36,026 nucleotides of DNA from Opitutales bacterium (GTDB lineage: Bacteria; Verrucomicrobiota; Verrucomicrobiia; Opitutales; JABSRG01): the NCBI GenBank assembly GCA_049599475.1, contig JBMYOQ010000042.1, positions 1 through 36,026 on the forward strand. The letters run 5' to 3'. Below, piece after piece: positions 1 to 8,436 of this stretch. A program made the translations under genes and the position numbers. The first letter of the stretch is position 1, and each line of letters starts with the position of its first letter. Under the pieces are notes generated by a model. The model saw only the letters and a list, made by a program, of their open reading frames with translations. It did not search any database and had not been told where the DNA came from.

Positions 1-297
1 ATGGTGCACTTTCACCCGCAAATTACTGGTGCATTTTAACCGCAAACCGACACACGGCATCAAAGTTAAACCAAAACTGGACTGAAACCCCATTATATCA
101 TAACAAGCTTAAAAACAGCTGCTTCAGTATGAGCTAACTCCACTACATTTGTACACCTATAAATTCGTTGGTATTGAAGGTTTGGTCTACTTCACGGCAG
201 GTAAAATACTCCTTTTCCATATAGTGACCTACACACATCCATCAAAATAACCAATACGTGCTTGATTGTCACTTGGGCTACAGACCATATTGTTGAT

Positions 298-1023
298 ATG
301 AATGCATTAAAGCTACGCCGTGAGATCAGTGCTAAATTTATGAAAGAATTTAAAGGCACCGTAAAATACGGTCCTATTAGCGGTTTTCAGTTCAGCGAAC
401 TTGCTACGAAAGATAAGCCTGATCGAACCTCAATCTTATTCGGACTATACGAGGACGAGGTTGTTTCTAGAATTGTAGAGTCATCAAAGAACTTCTCGAC
501 CTTCGCTGATATAGGAGCTGCTGAAGGTATATATGCAGTCGGACTGGTATTTAAAAAATATTTCGATAAGTCTATCTGCTTCGAAATAGAAGAGAGACTT
601 CGGAAGATCTTGGTAGAAAACAGCAAAGTAAATGAATGCACTGAGAAGGTTCAAGTAAACAGTGAGTTCAAAACTAACACCGCGAGCGATTTCGGCATTT
701 CAAAAACCGAAGACTATTTCGTTCTAGTAGACATTGAAGGAGCTGAATTTGAACTCATAGATGAAGCTTTCCTAGATCTGTTTAAGAGCAGTCAAATTCT
801 GATCGAGTTACACGACTGGATGTTTAAAGATGGTGAACAAAAAAAAGAGCGATTAATCAAAAGGCTCACGGAGTACATGGACATTGAAGTATTCACAAGC
901 CACGGGAGAAATCCGAATCAATACCCAGAGCTCAGCAAACTTAAAGACGACTACAAATGGATCGCGTGTTCAGAAGGCAGAAGACAAGCAATGGAGTGGA
1001 TTCACGCTAAGCCAAAAAGTTAG
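298..1023 (+). CDS. FkbM-like class I SAM-dependent methyltransferase (capsule modification candidate)
   Basis: Motifs LFGLYEDEV, FADIGAAEGIY (SAM-binding motif I), VLVDIEGAE and IELHD are typical of FkbM-like methyltransferases. ATG 298 preferred over TTG 262. Confidence 0.7.
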   Translation: MNALKLRREISAKFMKEFKGTVKYGPISGFQFSELATKDKPDRTSILFGLYEDEVVSRIVESSKNFSTFADIGAAEGIYAVGLVFKKYFDKSICFEIEERLRKILVENSKVNECTEKVQVNSEFKTNTASDFGISKTEDYFVLVDIEGAEFELIDEAFLDLFKSSQILIELHDWMFKDGEQKKERLIKRLTEYMDIEVFTSHGRNPNQYPELSKLKDDYKWIACSEGRRQAMEWIHAKPKS

Positions 1024-2333
1024 AGGCAGAAGATTCTTAAAACTCTTTCTGCCACAAGGCTAGGAGCCGAAAACTGACAACTCCAATCACGGCTAATAAC
1101 AGGCACTGAATATTGTTCAAGCCCCAAGACTTTCCGCTCTAGTCCACAATAATCATCAAACAACTCACACGCAGGAGTTTCTCGAGTTATCTGAGAAGCC
1201 CCGATACCACTCGAACACAAAACCGGCGTTCCTGCATCAAGCGAATCCGCCACTGTCATGGGTCCAGCATCGTCATTCGAGAATACAATACATAGATCCG
1301 CTGAATGAATTTTCTCAAAAAGCTCCTTCCCAAAAGAAGGGCCGCTAAAGTATCTAAGGATTTCATTATCCCCCCCCCACGCTCGAATCTGATTTCTCCT
1401 GGAATTATTCAATTGCCCAACCCATTCCCAGTCTAAAGAAACTCCGGATTCTTTCACTGCTCTAACTAGTCTTATAAATTCTGGAACCCCTTTTCTCTCC
1501 TGAATACTACCGATGGAAATTATCTTTCTGACCCTTGAAACCCGTTTTTCAGGGCATTTTCGCCTCCACTGAGGAAAGAATACGTTGTTAGGATTACAAT
1601 TACCAATAACATGAGCTCGCCTAATACTATATTGGCTTTCCCAAATATCCTTTTGTTTCTCTGAAACAAATGCGACGGGGACTTTCGAAAAAATTGCCTG
1701 AAATACCCGACTACGCTTAGAGCCAACCATTTTCTCGACCTGATGCGATGATTCATGGACATAGAAAAGAGATTTCTCCGGGTGACTGCTCAGGATCTTT
1801 GTCGCGGGCGAATTGACTCCGACCAAAGACGAGCCATTCACGATTATGTAATCACTTTCGTTCGAAATCAAATCGGCTTCTCGCTCAGACAAAGTGTTCA
1901 AATTATAAATACAAAACCTGTATCCGAGTTCCTCGATAAACCTCTTCAGCGTAACTATCGGGAGATTTAAACCGACAAACCCCCAAGGAGGGCCGTCAAT
2001 CATAGCTGATACAACCGGGCCCTCAACCGAAGAAGTATTCTGAAACCTACCTCGCTCTTCGCTATATAAACCTTGAAATGCAAGACACTGCTTATGCCAC
2101 GTGAGCATTTCAATTATTCCCAATAAATCATGTTTCGCCGTAAGCGAATATTGCTTACGCAATGCATAAACCGCGGAATCTACCAAGCCCTTTTCTTGCA
2201 GCAAACGAGACAGCTCACCAAAATGATCTGCATCCGTACTGGCCTTAGAATATTCTTCTATTTGTGCGATCTGATCTTCCACAAGGCCTGATTGATCAGA
2301 AAGGCTTACCAACTCTTCCGTAAATTTTAGCAT
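1020..2333 (-). CDS. Glycosyltransferase, GT-B fold (GT4-like)
   Basis: Motifs FYVHES, IISIGSIQERKG and SNDDAGPMTVADSLDAGTPVL (variant of the GT4 E-x7-E region). Last gene of the minus-strand nonulosonate operon. Confidence 0.75.
   Translation of the reverse strand: MLKFTEELVSLSDQSGLVEDQIAQIEEYSKASTDADHFGELSRLLQEKGLVDSAVYALRKQYSLTAKHDLLGIIEMLTWHKQCLAFQGLYSEERGRFQNTSSVEGPVVSAMIDGPPWGFVGLNLPIVTLKRFIEELGYRFCIYNLNTLSEREADLISNESDYIIVNGSSLVGVNSPATKILSSHPEKSLFYVHESSHQVEKMVGSKRSRVFQAIFSKVPVAFVSEKQKDIWESQYSIRRAHVIGNCNPNNVFFPQWRRKCPEKRVSRVRKIISIGSIQERKGVPEFIRLVRAVKESGVSLDWEWVGQLNNSRRNQIRAWGGDNEILRYFSGPSFGKELFEKIHSADLCIVFSNDDAGPMTVADSLDAGTPVLCSSGIGASQITRETPACELFDDYCGLERKVLGLEQYSVPVISRDWSCQFSAPSLVAERVLRIFCL
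1370..1378 (-). repeat. G9 homopolymer inside the GT4 coding strand (TGG GGG GGG GAT = W-G-G-D)
   Basis: Nine consecutive C on the + strand at 1370-1378; currently in frame. Confidence 0.9.
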
Positions 2334-2375
2334 ATCAAAATCCTAAGCTCGCCCAACAAACAGCTCGTATAACAT

Positions 2376-3566
2376 TTAGTCAGCACTATTCAACAACCAA
2401 CCCAAATTAGCTCTTGCGAAGAAAATACTACGCCCACTCTCTTTATCTCGAACATTCTCATTGTATTCATAAAGAATTCCAATTTTCCGGCCCGCAGTCT
2501 TCACGAGCGAGCTATAACCTCCATGGTTTCTGTATGCGACTTCGGACTCGCTAACACCTGAAACCAGAGGACGTGAAACAGGCCAAGTAATCCCATTATC
2601 ATAACTCATTCGAAGAGTCATATTACTCCGAGCATTCGACTTCGCAGCATTAAGGAAAATTATGCGGTGAGGCGAGCCGGAGTATTTCAAGATACTCGCC
2701 TGTGAGACCGGATCGACAAGACTTCGATGAGCATCAAAACGACTCCAATTACCTTCGAAGTCTTGTATGCTAACCATCCTCGATTTTCTAATTTTATGGC
2801 TCCCAGTAGCTCGGTCATTTCTCATAAGTCTACCATCTGAGAGCTCAACTATAGATGATTCGCTTGTCCCAGATGGCAGTTTCTCATAACTCCACGTTTT
2901 TCCACGATCATCACTAATCAAATTGCGCCCAATCGCAGGAATCACCAAGCGTCCGGCGTGCTTCCCAAGATCGAGTTGAATACCATTTCCAGGACCAACG
3001 GCATCCCAAACATAGCTATTCGGAACTAGTTTTTCGGTCAGATCTCGGGGTTTTGTCCAACCAATTCCGTTATTGTCTGACCACGCATAATATAGTCTTC
3101 GCTCGCCCCATTCGTCAATTTTTGCGTAACCGTCGTCTTCTTCAATATCGTCACGATCACCAAACTGGGCCATTTTTTCCGCGTTGCCAGACAAGAATAA
3201 AAAGAGAACTCCTGTTGATCGCTCGAGCACAACAGTAGGGTTGCCCCACGTTCCTTTTCCAGTAGAGACAACCCTCTCGACCTCTCCCCATGTGACTCCA
3301 TTATCGAATGAACGCTTCATAACGATATCAATGTCTCCAAAATCATGATGCGATTTCACTCGACCCTCACAGAGCGCAATGAGCGTTCCATCACCAGCCG
3401 TCACTAAGGCGGGAATCCGAAATGAATGATAATTTGCTTCACCTGCCGTGAACAGCTTATGAGATTTATAAAAAGGTTTTTGCTCTTTCGCCGGGTCTTC
3501 AAAACACCAACCAAACTTCGCAAACAGCGCGAAAAGCAATAATGACTTTATTACAAACCGACTCAC
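2376..3566 (-). CDS. Secreted GH33 sialidase, KDNase-like
   Basis: FRIP motif (SFRIPAL), Asp-boxes (SFDNGVTW, SDNNGIGW, SDDRGKTW, SYDNGITW), GGYSS nucleophile-Tyr motif and a hydrophobic N-terminal signal segment. GTG 3566 follows an AGGGGGA RBS-like motif; the ORF extends to TTG 3593. Confidence 0.9.
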   Translation of the reverse strand: MSRFVIKSLLLFALFAKFGWCFEDPAKEQKPFYKSHKLFTAGEANYHSFRIPALVTAGDGTLIALCEGRVKSHHDFGDIDIVMKRSFDNGVTWGEVERVVSTGKGTWGNPTVVLERSTGVLFLFLSGNAEKMAQFGDRDDIEEDDGYAKIDEWGERRLYYAWSDNNGIGWTKPRDLTEKLVPNSYVWDAVGPGNGIQLDLGKHAGRLVIPAIGRNLISDDRGKTWSYEKLPSGTSESSIVELSDGRLMRNDRATGSHKIRKSRMVSIQDFEGNWSRFDAHRSLVDPVSQASILKYSGSPHRIIFLNAAKSNARSNMTLRMSYDNGITWPVSRPLVSGVSESEVAYRNHGGYSSLVKTAGRKIGILYEYNENVRDKESGRSIFFARANLGWLLNSAD

Positions 3567-3593
3567 CCTATCCCCCTGCAGTTTGGATCTCAA

Positions 3594-4781
3594 TCATGCG
3601 TGCCAAGGCGCAAAGCTTTTATTCTGAGCCCGGAGTAGGCTATCGCAAAAATACCTAACTGCACCACGGCCTCCTTTACGAGGCACTCTAAATGCATCCA
3701 AATCATCTAGGGACTCATGAGCATCGCTCACAATCACAGGGAATCCCACGACTTTCAATACAGGCAAGTCGTTTATATCGTTTCCCATGAAAGCAATGTT
3801 CTCGATATTTATTCCTTGCTCCTTGGCCCAACGGCTTAGGGCAGACACTTTATCATCCACGCCCTGTAAACAGTCGATTTTCAGCTTTTTGGCCCGTGCA
3901 CTAACAACTGGATTGCGTTCCGTTGAGATCACCGCCATCGCCAAGTCGGTATGTTTTTTGAGTAAGCCGATGCCCATCCCGTCCCCGCGATCGCAGGTGA
4001 CGCTCTCTACTCCTTTTTCGTCTAGATGCACTTTATTATCTGTAAACACCCCATCAAAATCAAAGACAACTGCTCTAACACCATTCAAATCGAACGTTTT
4101 GGAAGTCCCTCTCTTTCGGAATAATTGCTCAACAATCGCAAAATCAGATTCGTCATCGATCTCTACAGCAGTTTCACGTGGCATTTGATAAATTGCCGTT
4201 TTCCCGAAGAAACGATGCTTATATTCTACAAAATCTTTCGTTTTAAAACAATAAACAGCGCCATTTTCGGCATACTCCGGCTCCAACTCCTGACGGCGCT
4301 TTCGAATCGCTTTGTCATGATTTACCCCGAATGCGCCCGCCCCTTCATCATATTTCCAAATGAAGGCATGACTAGAGGTAACCGACAAAGCTGAGTCAGC
4401 TTGGGTTCGTTTCATCTCTGATAAAAGCCCGTCGATATCAGACGCTGATGTCAGCGGAGATGTACATTGGAGAAAAACTACAAATTCCGGCACAACACCA
4501 TCACCACCTAAGACCTCCAATGCATGTAATATTGCAGATTCCGAGCTCGCGGTATCTGAGGCCAATTCTGACGGCCGTTCGATAACCTCGGCGCCATACT
4601 CCTCGGATACAATGCGAATCTCTTGATCATCCGTGGATACGTAAACAGCATCAACACCTTCTGCCTCTTTCGCAGCACTGATAGTATGAGCTATCATGGG
4701 ACGTCCACCGACCTCGCGGACATTCTTACGCGGTATTCCTTTGGATCCTCCTCGAGCAGGGATAATGGCTACAGTTTTCAT
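3594..4781 (-). CDS. neuA: CMP-nonulosonic acid synthetase (acylneuraminate cytidylyltransferase) fused to a KdsC/YrbI-type HAD phosphatase
   Basis: N-domain: IIPARGGSKGIPRKN, VSTDD, LQCTSP, RRQ, ENGAVY, EIDDESD. C-domain HAD: FDFDGVFTD, ISTE, QGVDDK, MGNDINDL, GGRGAVR. Confidence 0.9.
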   Translation of the reverse strand: MKTVAIIPARGGSKGIPRKNVREVGGRPMIAHTISAAKEAEGVDAVYVSTDDQEIRIVSEEYGAEVIERPSELASDTASSESAILHALEVLGGDGVVPEFVVFLQCTSPLTSASDIDGLLSEMKRTQADSALSVTSSHAFIWKYDEGAGAFGVNHDKAIRKRRQELEPEYAENGAVYCFKTKDFVEYKHRFFGKTAIYQMPRETAVEIDDESDFAIVEQLFRKRGTSKTFDLNGVRAVVFDFDGVFTDNKVHLDEKGVESVTCDRGDGMGIGLLKKHTDLAMAVISTERNPVVSARAKKLKIDCLQGVDDKVSALSRWAKEQGINIENIAFMGNDINDLPVLKVVGFPVIVSDAHESLDDLDAFRVPRKGGRGAVRYFCDSLLRAQNKSFAPWHA

Positions 4782-4799
4782 TCTCTATTCAAAATAGGT

Positions 4800-6335
4800 T
4801 CAATCCTTTAGCAAGTTTTGGAGGAGTCTCGCTGTCTTTTCCACCGGATCCGAGGCAAAATACGGGATCTCTGGAACTATCAAACTCTCGGATTCCAAAA
4901 ATTCGCTCAATGTTTCAGAATCTACGCAAGGGTAAAACCACCCTCTCTCCACATAGGTTTTGAATATATCCTCACCGACATCATCAATAATTCCGACCGG
5001 AATTCCTTGAGCATTCGCTTCAAAGGCCACGGTAGACCAAGAGGTTAAAAGTTTTGAAGTACGAGCCAACACGATTTCGAGATCGTCAAGGCTCGCGTTT
5101 CGTACATCGAATGCGTCTAGTCCCAACTCCACCAACTGCGCCTCAACATCGTCCACTAGATGCAATGAGCGGGGATGCATCCGAATCATAAACTCGACAT
5201 CTTTCGGAAGGTTCTTCACCGCTTCGACCAAATGCTCGGGTAACAATCCTCCATCACGATGCTGAGCCACCAAATCTGGTTGGTGAATAAAAAGAATACC
5301 CTTTTCTTTATTTTCCACGACTTCTGGAAACTCCCTAGCATAGATCTCGTCCCACAAATAACCTCCAACATTAAAATCAGGCCCGCTGCCCGCAGGATAC
5401 TGAGCCCTCAACGTCTCAGTAGTAAGATCTCCCCAGCACCATATTTTGCAGGGCATCAAATCAAAACGATCCGGCTTCAATTCAAGATAGTCATTGTATA
5501 TCTGGCTGGAGTCGAGATAGCCATGTTGCACGTCAATTGACGGGACCCCAACCCTCTTACATGCAAGCGTCAAAGGCATCTTCTCTACATTGGGAAAAGA
5601 CTGAAAGAAAACAGCTTTAGGAGAATAATGCTCGATCAAAGGCTGCAATAGTCGGGCTCGATTCAATATTTTGCGAACGCGCTCAATGATAAAAAACGGA
5701 TCCAAAAACAGTTTGGGGTCATACCTAAGCACAACGTCGTTGAAATCTAAAATAGTTTTCAGAAAAGCATCCTGATCCTTGTAAACCGGCCCAGTGATCA
5801 TCGCACTCTCCTGAAGTGCATAAAAGGTAGGGCTAAAAGTATAGTTTTTGAATACAGCCTCAGGAGTCATTCGACAAAGTTTCTGAAATCGATATCGATC
5901 ACCAAAAAGCGAAACCATAGGATCCAAATACTTGTCATAGATACCCCCACCTACTTCGGCACGATAATCCTGAAACAATTGAAAAATCAAAAAATCTGGC
6001 GACTGTTCAGGGGCTTTTTGCGTATTGAACAAGAGCACATCAGGAACCGTCTCGTCACGTATCAAAGATAACTCTTCCTCGCTCCTGTCCCTCTGTTCTC
6101 GCGTCAACGATTTCACACCCGGTTGCTCCGTATCGGCTTGCTCAGCGGCAAATACAGACGAATGAGATTTCTTTTGGTATAAATACATATACCTCCGTTG
6201 GCGTGAATCAGCAACTTTGGTGTAAAAATAGAAACGAACAGCTGGCCAGACACCGACTCCGTCCAAAACGAAACGACCCACATCAAATCTCTCCTGAACA
6301 CTTCGACACAGCTTATGAATTTCTGAAGAATTCAC
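4800..6335 (-). CDS. Putative CMP-sugar-dependent GT-B glycosyltransferase (candidate sialyl/KDN transferase)
   Basis: DVQHG, P-x-KIWCWG, IRMHPR (HP motif) and TSWSTVAFEA resemble TagF-like/sialyltransferase-like capsule proteins, and the gene lies between neuB and neuA. GTG 6335 overlaps the upstream TGA (GTGA); the ORF track start is 6380. Confidence 0.55.
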   Translation of the reverse strand: MNSSEIHKLCRSVQERFDVGRFVLDGVGVWPAVRFYFYTKVADSRQRRYMYLYQKKSHSSVFAAEQADTEQPGVKSLTREQRDRSEEELSLIRDETVPDVLLFNTQKAPEQSPDFLIFQLFQDYRAEVGGGIYDKYLDPMVSLFGDRYRFQKLCRMTPEAVFKNYTFSPTFYALQESAMITGPVYKDQDAFLKTILDFNDVVLRYDPKLFLDPFFIIERVRKILNRARLLQPLIEHYSPKAVFFQSFPNVEKMPLTLACKRVGVPSIDVQHGYLDSSQIYNDYLELKPDRFDLMPCKIWCWGDLTTETLRAQYPAGSGPDFNVGGYLWDEIYAREFPEVVENKEKGILFIHQPDLVAQHRDGGLLPEHLVEAVKNLPKDVEFMIRMHPRSLHLVDDVEAQLVELGLDAFDVRNASLDDLEIVLARTSKLLTSWSTVAFEANAQGIPVGIIDDVGEDIFKTYVERGWFYPCVDSETLSEFLESESLIVPEIPYFASDPVEKTARLLQNLLKD

Positions 6336-7444
6336 TTTTCGCCCTTCATTTTGTTTCGCTTCACAAAAGCCTTCAGACAATAAACAATCTCTTCGTCAGT
6401 CAGAAATTCAGAAAGTTGCGCAACTGTGGAAACGCAGCCGGAGTCGCTACCCATTGACCTGAACTTACTTCCTAACATCTCAGTCCGCATCGGCTCGGGC
6501 AATTGCAGCACGCCCACAGCATCCATAATCGCGCGATTAGCGGGATACGCATCTCGCGAAAGCACGATTTGCTCAAGTTCTCTGCGCCCCTTAGATTCAG
6601 GCCACTTGAGGGCCTCTTTGGCCAGGCAGTATGCCTCTTCGAAACGACCAAGCGCGTTCAAGCGCTTTGTCCCCATTCTCAATACAAAAGAATCTGAAAT
6701 CTCGCCAGCTTCGGGATGAGAGGATTTGATTTCATCTATATAATCCGCGATCGCTTTGCTATTTTTAAGAGCCAGATTCTCGCAAGCAAAGAATCTATTG
6801 AGGGCAAAGAATACCGCTTCATCAGCATTCAAAAAATAGGGAGATCCAGGGAGTATATGCCACTGGTCACCGAGCAAAGCTTCAACAGTGAAGGCTGAAT
6901 CATAACTCAATCCATCCAATTTGGTAGGAATAGGAATCGTGAAACCACTAAAACCATTGCCAAACCCCGCCTCATATACATCGACTCGGAACTGATCAGC
7001 ACGAGTCGCCGCCAGAACACGATCATCAATCTTTAGCCGCACATCTAAAGGCTCTGCGGAAGTTAGATCGAGAACACTGACCCACCCTCGAAAACTACCG
7101 CGCACAATGCGCTCCAACTTGCCCTTAAAACGCAAATCTGTCGCAGACGTGCTCATTAAAACTGGCTCAACGTTCCTTTCTCCGAAAGGGCAAATATGTT
7201 TCGCACCGACTTTTGAAGAAGCTGGCCAGCCTGAAGGCAGCTCCAGCCTAAACTTCACTTTCTTGATTCCAAAACCAAGCCCCTTTTCTCGGAAAGAACC
7301 ATCTTGTTCTAGGGACAAACTACGGTCGGGAGTCCCTTCGACACATATATCCAACCTCCCTCGTCCATTAAACGTAAGAAACCAACCGGCAATCTCTCTA
7401 TACCCAGATTGCCGAATATTACCAAAGGCTGGTAAAATACTCAT
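6332..7444 (-). CDS. Hypothetical protein with a beta-rich module of the kind seen on polysaccharide glycosyltransferases
   Basis: 370-aa ORF inside the operon. The segment FRGWV...VRLKIDDRVLAATRADQFRVDVYEAGFGNGFSGFTIPIP resembles accessory domains of capsule GTs. Confidence 0.55.
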   Translation of the reverse strand: MSILPAFGNIRQSGYREIAGWFLTFNGRGRLDICVEGTPDRSLSLEQDGSFREKGLGFGIKKVKFRLELPSGWPASSKVGAKHICPFGERNVEPVLMSTSATDLRFKGKLERIVRGSFRGWVSVLDLTSAEPLDVRLKIDDRVLAATRADQFRVDVYEAGFGNGFSGFTIPIPTKLDGLSYDSAFTVEALLGDQWHILPGSPYFLNADEAVFFALNRFFACENLALKNSKAIADYIDEIKSSHPEAGEISDSFVLRMGTKRLNALGRFEEAYCLAKEALKWPESKGRRELEQIVLSRDAYPANRAIMDAVGVLQLPEPMRTEMLGSKFRSMGSDSGCVSTVAQLSEFLTDEEIVYCLKAFVKRNKMKGEK

Positions 7445-7467
7445 TAAGGGGAGATGAGAAACAGATC

Positions 7468-8346
7468 TTACGCCAATTGACTGGAGTCTAACCTTTTGAG
7501 CTTTTTGCGCTGAACATCCTCTACATCCAAAATCTCTTTAGCTTTGTAGTTGAGAGACTTATGCACATTTCGTAGGTCGCGAGCTAATCGGCGCAACCCA
7601 TCGGGCTCCAAGCTAGCAGAGTGATCCGTGCCTTTCCAGGTCCGATCCAAAGTGAAGTGGCGCTCATTCCATATCGCCCCCAGAGCAAGTGCTCCGATAT
7701 CTGCAGCAATACCAAGATGGTGACCTGAGAAACCAATCGACTTTACTCGCGATTCGAAAGACTTCCGGAGACGCGTGATTTCATACAAACAAATGTCTTC
7801 AAATGCCACAGGATAACCCGAGGTGCACGCGTAGATGACCAAATTCTTAGCCTTTCCTCGGCTCTCAAAGAAAGAAACTATCTGCTCTTCCTCCGCCTGG
7901 CTAGTCATCCCGAAACTCAAATGAATTTCCCCTTCATAGCTATCGGCGAGCCATCCAAGCATAGTGAAATTCAAATTACAGGCACTCGGAATCTTAATCA
8001 ATTCGGGGTTCAGTGAAGCAATTTCCTTGGCTGATGTGAGATCCCAAACCGAAGTGCTGTAGATCACACCCCACTCCTCACATGCCTCTTTCAGGCGCCT
8101 GTGTTGCTCTACATTGAATTCGAGAAACTCTCGGTGTGCACCATAGGTATCACCATATGAATTAGCAGGATTGGGATGAGGGGCATTGTACTCTTCTTCT
8201 GTCAAAAGCTCGCGCGAGTTGCGCTTTTGAAATTTCACAACGTCCACTTTGCAGAACTGCGCAGCAACTTTGATCATTTCTATAGCCGTATCGAGATCTC
8301 CCCGGTGATTACAGCCTACTTCAGCAATAAGTTTCGGTTTTTCCAT
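7468..8346 (-). CDS. neuB: NeuB-family nonulosonate (sialic acid/KDN-9-phosphate) synthase, short form
   Basis: IAEVGCNHRGD, VKFQKR, STSVWD, IKIPSA, CTSGYP, GFSGH, ERHFTLDR, KGTDHSASLEP. About 292 aa from ATG 8346, with no C-terminal antifreeze-like (SAF) domain. Confidence 0.9.
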   Translation of the reverse strand: MEKPKLIAEVGCNHRGDLDTAIEMIKVAAQFCKVDVVKFQKRNSRELLTEEEYNAPHPNPANSYGDTYGAHREFLEFNVEQHRRLKEACEEWGVIYSTSVWDLTSAKEIASLNPELIKIPSACNLNFTMLGWLADSYEGEIHLSFGMTSQAEEEQIVSFFESRGKAKNLVIYACTSGYPVAFEDICLYEITRLRKSFESRVKSIGFSGHHLGIAADIGALALGAIWNERHFTLDRTWKGTDHSASLEPDGLRRLARDLRNVHKSLNYKAKEILDVEDVQRKKLKRLDSSQLA

Positions 8347-8396
8347 AAGCAATAGACAATGCCTCACCAACTCTCTGTAAAGGGCAAACCGAAATA

Positions 8397-8424
8397 TTGA
8401 CCCAAAGCCGCAGAGCTCTACTTT
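8397..8424 (+). promoter_or_regulatory. Putative sigma70-type promoter for the GT2/GT4-sulfotransferase pair
   Basis: TTGACC-N16-TACTTT in the divergent intergenic gap, ending 12 nt before ATG 8437. Confidence 0.4.
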
Positions 8425-8436
8425 AACGGGTTTTTC

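Noticed and set aside
1..261. Possible gene fragment at the window start (frame +3 open to about 137; a ~25-codon minus-strand ORF from about 220)
   Set aside because: Short, no recognisable motifs, and truncated by the window edge.
839..846. A8 run in the methyltransferase, and A7/T7 runs elsewhere, as phase-variation tracts
   Set aside because: Expected by chance in AT-rich, Lys/Phe-rich coding DNA.
3787..4188. Numerous 60-166 aa antisense or alternate-frame ORFs (e.g. 3787-4188, 12029-12496, 23661-24161, 28059-28478)
   Set aside because: They lie inside well-supported genes and look like shadow ORFs with no motifs.
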